A DNA stretch of 63,568 nt, counting the filler, from Salisapilia sapeloensis CBS 127946 (lineage: Eukaryota > Protista > Oomycota), in assembly GCA_023334545.1 (NCBI GenBank). It is 6 parts of 6 records of this genome, joined end to end, with 100 filler letters (N's around TTAATTAATTAA, not from the genome) between each part and the next. Parts side by side here need not be neighbours in the genome. Positions count along the whole stretch, not along the records: positions 1 to 30,735 come from JAADVB010000220.1; 5 more parts are not named here. One strand, given 5' to 3'. Numbering within the stretch: the stretch's first letter is position 1; each line of letters starts with the position of its first letter. The position numbers and the translations under genes are program-made. Shown piece by piece: positions 10,222-25,669 of this stretch. The notes under the pieces were generated by a model that ran no database searches, had not been told where the DNA came from, and was given only the letters and a program-made list of their open reading frames with translations.

Positions 10222-13200
10222 ATGAAATCAAAGTCTGCTCCTCGTTTAAAAAGCATTTTAAAAACGCAAGAAGAAAATGAATGCCCACCAAAGGAGCAAG
10301 GTCAACGCGATATGGGTGACCAAGACTGCTTGCAAATTGGCGACGGAAAGGGAACGGACATTTTCATCCTATCCATTGCTTTGCAAGATGCCACCAACCT
10401 TCATTCTATCCTCTCGTCAGCAGCTAGTAAGAAAACCAAGCTTGACAAGCGATTCACCAAAGGCTTTTGGCTCTCGTATTCTCTTTTCGGTGTCGTGGTG
10501 CAGACAGACGTATTTACTCACTTAGAAGCCCCCGACTTCCCGCCAATCAAAGACTCCTTTCGTCTACAAAGCTGCTTATCCGATATGCGCACCTTTTTTC
10601 AAACGCAGCAGCCGACGCTGTCTGTGTATCTGTGTACCGAAAAGGCTATCCTTGCCGATGCCACTATCCCTCTCGCTATTCTTGTCAATGAAGAGCTTTT
10701 TCAAACCGCGGAACCATCTATCAAGACGGCGCAGATTGAAGCAAGTTATGCTATGACTGGTTCGTCAAAAGCAGCCATACAAGCAGCAGTCTATTTGTCA
10801 TGGCATTCGACAAGCTTGCAGGCGAGTGAGAATCCTGTGCATACCGACTCGCCTTGTCCCACAGTAGACCAGGTCGCAATGCAGCTTCAAATTGAGTACT
10901 TTGAGCTAGATCGGGAGTATTTTAAAAGTCGTGTGTCTGACGACATACACGCAGAGCTTATTGTTGACGACGAATCCGCTTCAGCCAGTGTACGAGTTGT
11001 CCACTATACCGACACGACTGTTGCGTTGAAGGCCTTCGATATGAAAATTCAACGAGAGGTAGATCCAACCATTTGCAGCGCACTCAACATGTCGATTCAG
11101 TTGTGTCAATCACGATCAGATAAAGTTATCGCGCGTACAGCTTCTCCATTGAAAGTAAACGCAAATCAACTACTTACTGAAAGTGCTCGAGTTCGCCTCG
11201 ACGACGAGTTTGGTGAACAGCGTGGCTGCTGTGTGATAAGTTGCCAACATTTCGACCCTCATGCTAATGAAACTTATATGGTGAAGAAAGAACCAGACAA
11301 CAGCCACCTATATTTGTTGCAACTGAATCTACCGGCTATCAAAGGATATCCCAACGAGTGTGAAGTATGCTTTCAGTACCAAGATCCGTTCTATTTGACT
11401 GGCACAAGTAAGCCTCAATGATTCATATACTTTCAAGTAGAATATTCGTTCTCACTGACCTACCTCGAGCAGTCCAGACAATGCCGACCTATGTAGGTTC
11501 ACGAGGACAAGTTCAGCTTCAGCATACTTCCTGCACCTTTCACCTTGTATGTCGGCCAGGCGATTTGAAGCATCTTTTGGACACTACTGTCAGTGTATTC
11601 TGCTTGAAACAATCAACAAAAGGGTAAGAGGCTCTTGATATCGTAGTGAGATAGAGTGACTGTAGTAAACTTGTTTGTCTTTCGAGTAGAGAAGCAGAAG
11701 TGATTGGCACGACGATTTTCAGTCTAAGCTACCTATTTTATTCGAATGCTTCTTACCGCTGTACATTTTGCAAGGGCAGCGATACCTACACGACTCTACT
11801 AGCCGCAGCCGGTCATTGCCGGTTTAAACATGATTCCAAGTGTATCCAGGAACGAAAGCAGTGCTGTGTCTGGTTACCACTTGTAGCTACATCTCAGTCC
11901 AGCGACAGAGATAACTCGAGCCAAAAGATGGGATCGGTTCGAATGGAAGCGACTATCTCAGATACCGGGATTGTTAGCGAATCAACCGCTCAAGAGATTG
12001 CCGTGAAGGAATCTGCCGAAAACTCCATCACGAGTACCAGTGAGCAACCTGTACACAATAATAACCATGAGAACGATACATGCAACTTGCTGTCATCATC
12101 TCAAGTTAGCTCTTCGATTGGGGATTCAGATGATAGTGACAAAGAGCAAGGTGCTGGTGCGACCTTCAACGAAGAACGTGTTCATCCTGAGTGCCAGAAG
12201 ACCTCTGCCCAGGCAATGCAGAAGACAGAGGAAACGACAACAATTCAAGTCCGAAGGATTCAGCACAAGATCGAGTTGGAAAAGAAGAAATGGCTCAAGG
12301 AGCAGCAGGAGAAGCAAAAGGAGTGGAAGCGATGGTTCGCCAAGCGCGAGAAGGACAGGATGGAGGCTCTAGAAGTCGAGTGGGCACGAAGGGAAGAAGA
12401 GCGGATATCAGCATTACGAGCTGCTCAAACGGACTATCAAACGTTGGAGCAGCAGCTGCAAACTTCCTTGAAGGAATTGCAATCGCGAGAAAGAAAGCTG
12501 GCTGATTCGGAAAGCAAACTAAAGCGGGAGCAGGAGAAACTGAAGGAAAAAGGAGAGACGATGCGCAAACGGCTTCAACTCGAGCACACACATACCGTGA
12601 CAATGGCAAAAACACAAGTCGAGGAGCAAAAGGTTCGGGCTGCGGCTCTTCAAGACCAGTTAAAGGAGGCAGAAGAGAGGTGGAAGCAGATTAGCGCTGC
12701 ATTTGATAGCTACCGGGAACAACAGGAAAGCGTTCCTGAAGCTGAGCTACGAAAGGAGATCAATCAATTACACTCTACCGTATCAGTGCTGGAAAAGGAA
12801 AAGGTAGCCGCAGAGCAAATGGGGCATGCAGCACAGAGGTCCACTGCATCGTTAAGAAAGCAGTTGGAAAAGATGGCTCAATTGGTATACCAAGAGAAAA
12901 TGCGGAAGGAGGTAGAGATTGCAGAAGAGCTGGAGAAACTCCGAATGCGGAATCGTGCGTTGGAAGAAAAAGATAGCCTCCGTGGTAACCGAGAGGAGTT
13001 GACAAACATCAAGCAGCATTTGAAGCATTTGCAAGAGACTAGCTTATCGCGACGTGATCGACCACTACACGAGCATAACCGGGGGCGTTCAAATACTATC
13101 AAAAGGCGCCATTCGACTAGAAATTCGGGGGATAGATCTAGGAGCTGTGCAAGTGAAGAAAGCTATTCTTCTAAACGACGTGATAAGCACGAGAGTTTTC

Positions 13201-13364
13201 AACGAAAGCAGCGCGGAGACAAGAGACTTGCAATCACATCTTTGGATCCGGAAATTAAGCGCCTAATACAGGAAAAAGAAAGTCTTTTAAAGAATGGAAA
13301 CTACGACGAAGACAGCTACTTGGTGCAAGAACTAGACCGTGCTATCCGTAAAGCACAAGAGTGA
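10222..13364 (+). CDS. CEP120: Centrosomal protein CEP120-like (C2 domains plus C-terminal coiled coil), spliced
   Basis: ORFs 10222-11421, 11418-11627 and 11700-13364 join into one gene (clear intron from GTAAGA at about 11625 to TAG at about 11690). C2-like segment FILSIALQDATNL...FWLSYSLFGVVVQTD.F..L..P.F, coiled coil ELEKKKW...EWARREEER, and C-terminal IKRLIQEKESLLKNGNYDEDSYLVQELDRAI matching the CEP120 tail. Confidence 0.8.
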
Positions 13365-14038
13365 CCAGTTTTGGTACAACCAAACGCTTTTCATGAATAT
13401 TCCTGGAGCGTCATTTCGCAGTTTGGCTTCTCTGCAACCTTTTAACGATGTCTTTACCCCTCTAGTACAGTCTTAAGCCATTTAAATATGAAAGCTGCTT
13501 CTACTACTTGCAATGCTTCAAAAAGCTTCAAGCATCACCTGGTGTAGTTTCTCTTGACTAACACAAGTTTCCATACGGTCGTGGGAACCACTCTCGACGA
13601 ACTTTCTACCTGGTGATACCATGCGCAACAATTCGTCATCTCTATAACCAATGCTGCATTAATCTTTCCTTTCACACCACTGACAATAGTGGCATCGTTT
13701 TCGATAGCAAACGCAAGTTGGATACCAGTGGTAACCTCCAAGTTTCATTCAATCTACAAACACTTAGATCGGATTATACGCGTTTGATCTGGAACAGTCT
13801 CGTTCTTTAAACTACAGGCTGCATTCATTATCTTTTACTCCCTCGGTGCAGAACTTTCACCGACCGATCGATATATGCCAACAACCTCATGCACGTGCTG
13901 CATATCTTCATCTTCCACCGCATCTATTTATTTACTTTAAAGTTTTATCACCGACCAGAGTAGCCGTCTAGAAGATGCATGGACAAACACAAGTGACTTT
14001 AAAGGTTGGAATTTGTATAATGAAATACGACTGCTGCT

Positions 14039-16749
14039 CTAAGCTGTCTTGAACCTTTCAAACGCGTGATTCAGTACCGTGAACAGCTCGCTTGCTTCCA
14101 GCTGCTCCGCCACTGGTGCACTCCGCATCTTGTCTGGGTGTATCACTCGAATAATGTTCCTACACAAACTGTTAGTCCAGCAATCATCACACATAGCAAA
14201 AGATGTCACCTGTAGGTTTTGCGCACTGTCTCGTTGTCTGGTGACTGGACGACGTTCATCTGGAACTTGCGCAGCGTTTCGTTTTGCGTCACCTGATCAA
14301 GCGTAAGGATGAGGTGCAGAAGCTCTTTCCCAAAGGCCCACAGTTCCACTCGCTTCCGGATCTGTTTGCGCAGCCCATCCGCTTCCTCCGCCTCCTCCTG
14401 CTTCTTACTTTCCATCTCATACCGCTCTCGTAATCTTGCCTGCTGCCGCATATACAAGTCATGCTCCGCCTCATCTGCTCCGGGTGGTGGAGGCGCCTCG
14501 TAGGCCGGTGGGGCAGCCTCTTCCTCGCTTTCCGAGCTCTCTTCCTTCTCGTCATTCTTTCTCATAGAGCTTCGCTTCTCGCCCATGTCCTTATCCTTGT
14601 CTTTTTCCTGAGACTTGGACGAGTGCTGGTTCTCCCGCTCTTTTCGCTGCGCTTGCTTGTTCATATGCTGCCGCATCTGGGAAACACGCACTGTCTTGAG
14701 ACTAGACGGACGCCTCCGTCCTTGACGCCGGTTCTGCTGCTTCCGCTTCCGCTCGCGTTCCTCCTGCGCTAGCTTCTCCCATTCTTCCTCGTACTCTTGC
14801 TTCTGCCGATGCGCCTCGTGCTCTTTTTCTTGCTCCTTACGCTGCTTTTCCTGCCGCATCCTGTTCCGAGCGTCCATGTACTTGTTCATGCGCGTTTTGC
14901 TCTTTCGAGACTTATCTCGACTCTTGTCCTTGGAGCTCTTGTAACTGGTCCGATCCGACTTACGCCGTTGCTTCTTGCCTTCCTCCTCTGACGAGAACGA
15001 GTTGGACGAATCGTCACTTTCGATCTCAATTTTCTTACTCGACCGTTTGTGTTTCGACTTCTTCAGCTCTTCCTCCGAGTCAGATGACACGGATGACACG
15101 AACTCGGCATCTTCATCCATCTCCTTCTCTTCATTCTCTCCTTCAGGGATTTCCTCGACATTTTCGTCAACCTCATCCTTCTCTTCAATATGCTGCGGCG
15201 GCGGAGGTGGTGCATCGGATGCCAAAGACTCGTCTTCACTGTCACTGCCGAAGATACTGTCGCTCGACTCGTCCAAGTCGTCGTCTCCGGCCGCTGGTGT
15301 AAACATCTTTGGTCGTTCATTTAGGACCTTGGCACTCCCCCTCCGCTCTATCGGAACCTCTTCCTCCTCGTTACCAGAAGGCGTTCGTTTGAATTTAGAC
15401 GAAATCTTTTCAAAGAAAGTCGGATACGACGCGCTCCCCTTTCTCTTGCTCTCGTCTTCCTGCGGAGGCGGTGGAGGCTCGTCGTCCACCAGCTCTTCCT
15501 CCTCTTCTTCCTCGTCCACCTCCCTCCGACTCGTCTCCACATCCGAAAACGAGTGTCGGCGGGATGGAGATTCTGGTTCTAGTACAGACTCGCGGGTAAA
15601 GTCGAATTGAGACAGATCGGCAGACGCATCGCTGCTTCTGACCTCCTCTTGTGCAGGGAACGTCGGGTTCTTGTCCTCTGTAGCAGACGCCAGTTGATCT
15701 CGAAGGTAGTTTTTCTCTTGTGTGACCTTTTCCAACTGGAACTTAAGACCTCTGCCCACCGCCTCTGCGTCCTGGTGTCGTCGACGAGCCTCCTCCAGCT
15801 CTTGCTTCGGCACCATTTCCGTCTTCAAAGAGTTCATCTGACTTTCCATTTCCTTCAGTCTATCATGGAGCTCTTTCTCACTCGACTCCTTCTCCCGTAC
15901 AGCGTCATCGTACTGCTGCTTTAGCTTCCCCATCTGACTCTGGTACGCAGACTCCATCTCGGACGACTTTTGCTCCCACTCTCGCTTCTTCTCACTTAGT
16001 TTCACACTCATCTCTTTCTCCCGCTGCTCTAGTTTCTCCGCCATCATCGTACGGAGACTATCGTTCTCACCGCGTAGACTCTCCATCTTTTCCTGGTACT
16101 CGTCCGACTGCGATACGAGTCGTTGCGAGTACTTTTCCATCCGATCACTCGCCTTCATCAGCTGTCTATTCCGCTTCTCAATCACTTTATCCTTTTCCTC
16201 TACCTTTTCCTGCAGATTAGTGCGTTCCGACTCGAGTTTGGACACTCTTGCACGCAGAGACTCAACCTCGGCTTTCATTCCCTCCCACTCGGATTGTTTC
16301 TGCTGCTGACGTTTCCGAACGCTGGCATGGAAACTCTCGAGCGACTCTGGTTCATCATCATGTTCAAAAAGACCTTTTCGACCGTTGCCACTGCCATTCG
16401 CTCTTTCAGTGGACGATCGCCGAGGCGGAGAAGAACGAGCTTCTGGTTTGGGCGTCACGGCGAGCGTACTCGTAGCGTCCGTCGACACGTCTTCGTCCGT
16501 TCTCCACGCAGACTTATCATCCACTTCCACGGACGAGTCTGACGAGTCGGAGAAGAGGCTATTCCGCTGCTTTCGTATCTCTCGCTCTACGATATCAAAT
16601 GTCCGTGAGATCGTCTCTATCTCAACATCTCTTCTGGAAAGTATGATCCAAAGCAGCTTTTGACTCCAATCATAGTATACATGGGGCAATGCCAGCAGAT
16701 AGGAGTATGGGAAAGGAGGGATGAAAGAGGTAAGAAAGACAAGTACCAT
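14039..16749 (-). CDS. Coiled-coil/low-complexity protein with C-terminal auxilin-type J domain, spliced; 5' structure uncertain
   Basis: The 847-aa frame ends IRKRVELWAFGKELLHLILTL...VRKTYR. A 50-nt intron (14209-14160, GT...AG) joins it to NIIRVIHPDKMRSAPVAEQLEASELFTVLNHAFERFKTA* (TAG at 14039-14041), which supplies the HPD motif. Confidence 0.8.
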
Positions 16750-18603
16750 TCAGGAGAGCGCTTCTGTCCATCGTGCTATTCTGTATGTCTTTCATGCAAA
16801 ACACTTCCTGCATAAAGATACCGACTGCACATCGAAGAGATTGTAATCTAGAACAGACGTTGACAATAATACAGGACAGGCAGTAAAGCTACCGACCACG
16901 TGGAAACCCGTCCAGCTCGTGACGTGACCTGATGACATGCACTAGCCTCATTTAAGCTGCGTGATGCTTCGCTTCGAATGAGACTTCCATATACAGCTTA
17001 CGGTGGTCTCAGTTTCACAGCAAGGTAAACGAAAGATTCCGTTGATGTCTATACCGAACACATGATTCGGTTTTAATCATGCGCACTCGGTCGAAGTGAG
17101 CGTTCTGGTAGGCAGTAGATATTATTAAAGATAACGGCGACGTAGTAAAAGCGATTTATACTAAAAGACTTTGTTCATTCGTATAATGTAAAGCTTTATA
17201 AGTATTGTGGTAAATAGCCAGACTTGCACAAAAGACAGTATGGAACAGGAAGAATGGCATCGCCTTCCGCGCTCAACTCGAAAATTTTTTCGAGATAATT
17301 GCTCAAAAACACGCGAACAGCTAATCTTCGGTAGCACTTACCGAGATCAGTCTGTGCATTGTACGTCAACAGGATGGTGAAGTTAAGATACAAGACGTAC
17401 CGTCAACCTCTGTACATATACACTACTTCAACATCTGGGAAAGCAAAGATCATCCTGTCTCACTCTCGACTGACCTGGTCTCTTCAATCTATTTGGTCTC
17501 TTAGCCTTCTGCAGTTATACTACGTCTCTCTTTCTTCTTTCACGCTTCCTCTACGGCAAGTGACCTTAGCAAGCACTATCCAAATTTCTGTTGTCTGACT
17601 AGAATGCTCTGTGCTCCGCTGTCTTCAAGAAAAGAGAACAACCGGAATATCAACACTGCGAGCTAGTGGTTTGATAAAAGTTCTTAGTCGCGTAACATAT
17701 CGACTGTTTTACAGGTGTGTCGAGACTGAACTCAAAGATACCTATACAGTTTGCTGCTGCTTCCTCAAGGCCACCTATTGTTCGAGCATCGTTCGGTTGG
17801 TCATTGATTTGCTTGGTTGAATCAATTGCGTTGTGATACGAGTGGCTTCATTGAAGTTGCGTGAAGATCCTTCAATCGATTTTAACGAGATGGTAGTTGG
17901 ATCGCTTGAAGGACAATGCTCGGTTCAAGTCGAGTCTCAACCATACTACCACAAATGCAATACGTACACACGCAATGTTAAATATTATAATTTCTGCTGT
18001 GTGAGCTCCGATAATAGTCAAGTGTAGCTGGTGGATAATGCAACATGTCTTTGCCATCGGAAACGCAGCGTCAAGAATTCACTAGTAGCTTGGTGATCGA
18101 GACTATTAGACTCGGATGCATGACGCAGATTGAAAGTTTCAATCGTACTGGCATCTTGCCGCCCTCGTGACCCATCCTTGGATCTACTTGACCCGCTTGG
18201 ACGATTGACTTTGAGACGCAACTCGTTCTATGCTCAAATGGATATCTACTTCCCAAGCACCGCCGATTTAAATGATGCGAGCAACAAAAGGTTCGAAAGT
18301 GAATAGCAAGCAGAGCTTTAGGCTTTAAGACACTAGTAAGTTGATGAAACAAGTAAAAGGTGTATCTACCAATACCGCGGATCCAGCATTGGGCATGTTG
18401 CTCCGCCCTGCTTCGGTGGTCCGAAAATACTCTCTTTTGTATAAACCTCGTCCGCGCTCAAAAGCCTCTTGTAAGGGGATATATTTGACCGTTACGGGGT
18501 GTAAATTTATCTCAAACAGCTTTTTGTGATGGGTTGATATTCACACATCCTGCTTGTGCAACAACCTACGCAATCCTGAAAGACCAATTCTTGGCAACGA
18601 AGC

Positions 18604-20754
18604 ATGGCGCCCAAGAGCAGTGCCAAGAAGGGCAAAAAAGGAGGCAATAATGCCAATGACGACGTCCAGAGAGAAGCGCCACTACAGGCAGTCGTCTTCG
18701 CCGACTCGTTCGCCGAAACCTTTCGCCCTATCACGCTCGAGCGACCAAAAGTCTTGCTACCGCTGAACAACGTGCCCATGCTCGAGTATACGCTGGAATT
18801 TCTCGCCTCTTCCGGCGTAGAAGAAGTTATTCTCTTCTGCTCCCACCATGCTGAACAGGTTGAAAAGTTTATCACAACCCAGTCTCAGGTTGCCCAGCGT
18901 CTGGCTGTCCAGTGCATCACGAGTCCAACCAGTCTGACGGCCGGTGATGCCCTTCGCGAGATCGATCGACAGCAGCTCATTCAGTCCAACCCGTTCATCT
19001 TAATGAGTGCGGATGTTGTGGCCAACGTAAACTTGGGCGAGGCCGTTCAGGAGCATAAGCAGCGGAAGAAGCAGGATCCGTCGTGCGTGATGACTTCGCT
19101 CTTCAAGGAGATCCAACCGAACTGTAACACTGGCATTCGTCCCTTGAACGACGATCTGGTGGTCGGGGTGAATCCAGATACTTCTCAGGTTGTATTCTAC
19201 GAAGACGACAGCACCAAGTCGAAGGTGTCTCTGGCCACCATCTTCCTGGAAGACCACGCGCAGGTGGCGCTCCGATCCGACCTCATGGACTGCTACATCG
19301 ATGTCTGCTCCACAGAGATTCTGCTGCAGTTCTCGGAGGACTTTGACTATCAAAACCTTCGCCAGGACTTTTACCATAACGAAGTGCAGAACTTTGAGCT
19401 CGGGAAAAAGTTTTTTGCCAAGATCCTCACCAAGGAGTTTGCTGCGCGCGTCATGGACCCTCGGACGTACACTGGCGTGTCAAGAGCCATCCTTCAGCGA
19501 TGGGTCTTTCCTCTCGTCCCAGACTCCAACTACCTCGGTCCGCACGAAACGAACTACGCTTACCACCGAGGCATGGTCTACAAGGACGACAACGTGACGC
19601 TCTCTCGTACCTGCAAGGCCGAGCAGGAGTGTGTCATTGGCGCATACACTGCGTGTGGAGACAACACGACCATCCGGAAGAGCACGATCGGCCGCAACTG
19701 CCGCATCGGGAACAACGTCCGGATCGATGGCAGCTTCATCTGGGACAATGTGGTTATCGAGGATGACGTCGTGATCGACAAGGCCATCATCTGCGACAAC
19801 GTACAGGTGAAGAAGGGGGCGGTGGTGAACGAAGGAAGCATCTTGAGCTTTAACACTGTATTGGGCGAGTCCTTTAGTCTACCTGCCTACTCCAAGGTCA
19901 CGACTGCCAGCGACGAAGACGACGATGCGTTCCTGTCGGATGAAGATAATAAGAAGCACGAGTCGAAGGAGGCGTGGGACGCGACGCAAGTGGGTGCAGA
20001 CGGTGTTGGCAGACTCTGGACTGTCGACGATGATGACATCCAGGTCGAGTCGGACAGTGAGGATGAAGATGAGGACCCAGTCGAAGTGGAACGGAAGAGG
20101 AAGCTCAAGCTCAAGGCTCTGCTCCCTGGCTCGGACGAAGTCGTGAAGCAAAAGCTGGAGATGTGGGACGACTGGGACTCTCTCAGCTCCTCCGACGACA
20201 ATGAGGGGCTGGAGGACTTTATCGAGCCCGCCGCTGAGCCTCCGTTCCACCAGATCGTCCGAGACATGGTCCGGTCAGGAGACCTTGAAGGCCACAATAT
20301 TGACGACTTGTTCGTGGACATCAAGGGCTTCAAGTTTGCTCAGAACAAGACTTTCAGCGACGTCTTAGAAGCCTTGCTCCCAGGTCTCCTGGACCTCGTG
20401 CCGGTGGATGACAGTCCGTCCAAGATGCATACGCTGGGCGTGATGCGACAGAAGCTAGAAAAGTGGAAGAGCGTTGTGCAAAAGTGTTTGGTCGGAGACG
20501 AAGAGCAGCGAGCGCTTGTCGAAATTTTAGAGTCGTACTGTTTGGAGCGTAGAGACACGTGGGGAGGACTGTTCCGATACCTGTTGCAGAGCATATACGA
20601 TTTAGAGTGGGTGGAGGAAGATGAGATCCTCGCGTGGTACGGCCAGAAGACGGACGCAGGTCAGGAGACGTTGGCGACGGACGCAAGTGTCGTGGAGTTC
20701 ATCGAGTGGCTAGAGCAGAGCGAAGAAGAGGACAGCGACGAGGACAGCGACTGA
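18604..20754 (+). CDS. EIF2B5: Translation initiation factor eIF-2B subunit epsilon
   Basis: LQAVVFADSF...FRPITLERPKVLLPLNNVPMLEYTLEFL pyrophosphorylase-like domain, hexapeptide-repeat beta-helix, and C-terminal W2/HEAT domain (EEDEILAWY...FIEWLEQSEEEDSDED). Confidence 0.96.
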   Translation: MAPKSSAKKGKKGGNNANDDVQREAPLQAVVFADSFAETFRPITLERPKVLLPLNNVPMLEYTLEFLASSGVEEVILFCSHHAEQVEKFITTQSQVAQRLAVQCITSPTSLTAGDALREIDRQQLIQSNPFILMSADVVANVNLGEAVQEHKQRKKQDPSCVMTSLFKEIQPNCNTGIRPLNDDLVVGVNPDTSQVVFYEDDSTKSKVSLATIFLEDHAQVALRSDLMDCYIDVCSTEILLQFSEDFDYQNLRQDFYHNEVQNFELGKKFFAKILTKEFAARVMDPRTYTGVSRAILQRWVFPLVPDSNYLGPHETNYAYHRGMVYKDDNVTLSRTCKAEQECVIGAYTACGDNTTIRKSTIGRNCRIGNNVRIDGSFIWDNVVIEDDVVIDKAIICDNVQVKKGAVVNEGSILSFNTVLGESFSLPAYSKVTTASDEDDDAFLSDEDNKKHESKEAWDATQVGADGVGRLWTVDDDDIQVESDSEDEDEDPVEVERKRKLKLKALLPGSDEVVKQKLEMWDDWDSLSSSDDNEGLEDFIEPAAEPPFHQIVRDMVRSGDLEGHNIDDLFVDIKGFKFAQNKTFSDVLEALLPGLLDLVPVDDSPSKMHTLGVMRQKLEKWKSVVQKCLVGDEEQRALVEILESYCLERRDTWGGLFRYLLQSIYDLEWVEEDEILAWYGQKTDAGQETLATDASVVEFIEWLEQSEEEDSDEDSD

Positions 20755-21379
20755 TTCTGACGCGGTCCGACGCGGTCGCTCGATGCGTTGACACCCAGTA
20801 CGCAATGTCCGTTCTCATGCCTTTGTCCGTCCAACGTTTTTATACCTCAAAAGATGAGACTTGGCCTCTATGAAATCGTTTTCGTCTTTCGGTCGTTTTG
20901 CATATCATTTCGAGGCTAGCTCGTGACTGGCATTGCCGCGCGCTGATTCAAGATCTCATCCTTCAGTATACGGTGCAACTGGGCACAGATGAGGACCGAT
21001 CGGCGATAGGTCTGTCGACAGACGAGCCGTCCCGAGGTGCTAGAGCCCGGGATGTCCCAAGATTCCCTCGCTCGCGCCTCCTATACAGTTGGTCTGAAAT
21101 GCACCTAATCCAGTGGAACCTTTGACTCGTGCGCCACTCCGGCCTTTGCTTCCTCCTTGACAAGCTCTAGTGCGAAACGGAGCGTCGGCGGAAGAAATCT
21201 TGCCTCCTGTCCAAGCACCAAGCGTTTTCATTCCCACTTTTAACCGCCAATACACCCACCTCCAACTAGCTTTTGCAGCTCCAAGACCGAACTTGGCAGA
21301 ACGGCGTGATCTCGACAGCTGCCGCCACCTAACAGGATTAGCGAAACGACTCACTTTGCAATTTCCCTCCACCAGCAGC

Positions 21380-22015
21380 ATGTACTGGTCCGCATCCCTC
21401 GCCCTTCGCACCGGGATCAACCAGCCAAAGGCAAAGCCAAACTATGGATCCATCCGGCCCAAATCCACCTCCGCCATACGGATCCCAGAAAGCATCCCGG
21501 AGCACCAGAGCGTATGCTACTACCTTCCGTTCCAGCACCGTAATTTACCTGCTCGTGAACACGACCCGCTCGTAGACAAGAACCCATCCAAACCGACATT
21601 CGACGGACTCAACGCGCACAAAAACATCGCGCTCACGGCCTCGGCCACCTTTAAACTACTCCTGCTTCAGCGAACGCGTAAGGAAGTGTCCGAAGCTACG
21701 ACCTTTGCAAACCAAGCCGTCGAGAGCGATGCACCGCAGCTTGCGTCCCCTAACAACTACTGGATGCAAGAACGGGAGCGACAGCGAGCTCGTGGCCAGA
21801 TCGCACCTGCGAGAGTGTGCACCTCAGTCCGCTCGACGAGCTCCGCTCAGGGCGTGCGATCCGGTCGATGGAGTGCCGTCACGATCATGTGCTCCGTCCC
21901 ACTCGCCTTTGTCGTCCTCTTCATCGTCCTCGTCATGATCGCCAACGGAGGCGACAACGAGGCCATCCCAGCCGTTGCCTTCAGCTCCAAGGCCCACCTG
22001 CGTGGAGCTCGATAA
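21380..22015 (+). CDS. Hypothetical protein with single C-terminal transmembrane helix
   Basis: First ATG in the 21170-22015 frame is at 21380. Hydrophobic stretch AVTIMCSVPLAFVVLFIVLVMIA near the C-terminus; no recognisable family. Confidence 0.4.
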   Translation: MYWSASLALRTGINQPKAKPNYGSIRPKSTSAIRIPESIPEHQSVCYYLPFQHRNLPAREHDPLVDKNPSKPTFDGLNAHKNIALTASATFKLLLLQRTRKEVSEATTFANQAVESDAPQLASPNNYWMQERERQRARGQIAPARVCTSVRSTSSAQGVRSGRWSAVTIMCSVPLAFVVLFIVLVMIANGGDNEAIPAVAFSSKAHLRGAR

Positions 22016-22081
22016 TAGCTCCAGTCATATATTAGTAGACTACCACTTTAAACGAAATGAAACAAGCTTGTATGTAAGTCC

Positions 22082-24679
<2,598 letters not shown>

Positions 24680-24724
24680 TCAATCATGTCGACTCGTTTC
24701 TAGTTTATTCTCGTCTCCGTAGAT

Positions 24725-25250
24725 CTAATCCGAATCCTCATCGTCCTGCCTGAGACTCGCCCACGCGTTCTGGGTCTTCACACCAGACGCTTGCGGCACC
24801 TGCTTGCTCGTTAGCTTGGCGGTGCTGGCGTCTTTGCCAAGCGTCGGGAAAGCCTTTTCGCTTTCGAGATTCATCTTGCGAGAGCTGCGGTTGCGCTGCT
24901 CTTGCTCTTCCCACGTCTTGGCCACGGCCTCCTACTCATGCACCTGTCAATACTGTTCGTACACTCGTTATGGCTAGTAGACGTACCTTGGTAGATACTT
25001 CCTTGTACTTTTTCGGGTTCTTGGACCACTGGAAGGAGGCTTTCTGCTCCTCCTCCTTTGCCGACGTATTCAGATCGGCCACCGCTCGGACCGGTTTCGT
25101 CGGGGCAGCGCTGGCTGCCGCAGCAGCGGGCGTGGTGTTGCTGGCAGCTTGCGCCATCACCGTGGCGTTGGCATTGAGACTCTTGGGTCCCTTCTTCTTC
25201 TTCTTCTTGAACAACGAGTTCAGCTTTGCTGTGTCATCTCCGGTAGACAT
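24725..25250 (-). CDS. CDV3-like small disordered protein, 2 exons
   Basis: N-terminal LNSLFKKKKKKG, an intron of about 55 nt (GTACGT...GAGTAG), then MNLESEKAFPTLG and NAWASL...DDEDSD. This matches the CDV3 pattern (FFxKxxKKK, FPTL, N.YA.L). Confidence 0.5.
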
Positions 25251-25347
25251 AAGATCACTCGTCGCGAGATTCCAATAACTTTCGCCTCCCGATCTGACGT
25301 TGTGTATGCCATACGTTCACCAAGCTAAATTTCTAGAACCAAGATTC

Positions 25348-25355
25348 GCCAATCA
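25348..25355 (-). promoter_or_regulatory. Reverse CCAAT box upstream of the CDV3-like gene, within the divergent CDV3/MYND promoter
   Basis: GCCAATCA on the plus strand is TGATTGGC on the minus strand, about 100 bp upstream of the ATG at 25250. It is the same motif as at 982. Confidence 0.35.
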
Positions 25356-25669
25356 AAGACACACAAAAAGAATGAAAATTTCATGATCTGTCGGTTGCTA
25401 ACGCTTCCGGTCCGGCATATACAGGCTATTGACAAGGTCCATCACTGCATAAAGAGAAGCATGTAGCGTCTGTATAGACGCATAGTAGCTATATGCGTCT
25501 ACTCTAATACGGCAATACACATTTGGAGCAACTAAAGACATATATTAAAAGATCTTTGCCACTTTAATCAGATAACAGGGAGTTACCACTAGGATGTTCG
25601 TAACGGTTAGATGTGTCAGTGAGACCAGCCTTCCGGAGCTCATAGTTAAATCGGTAGCTACTGAAGACA

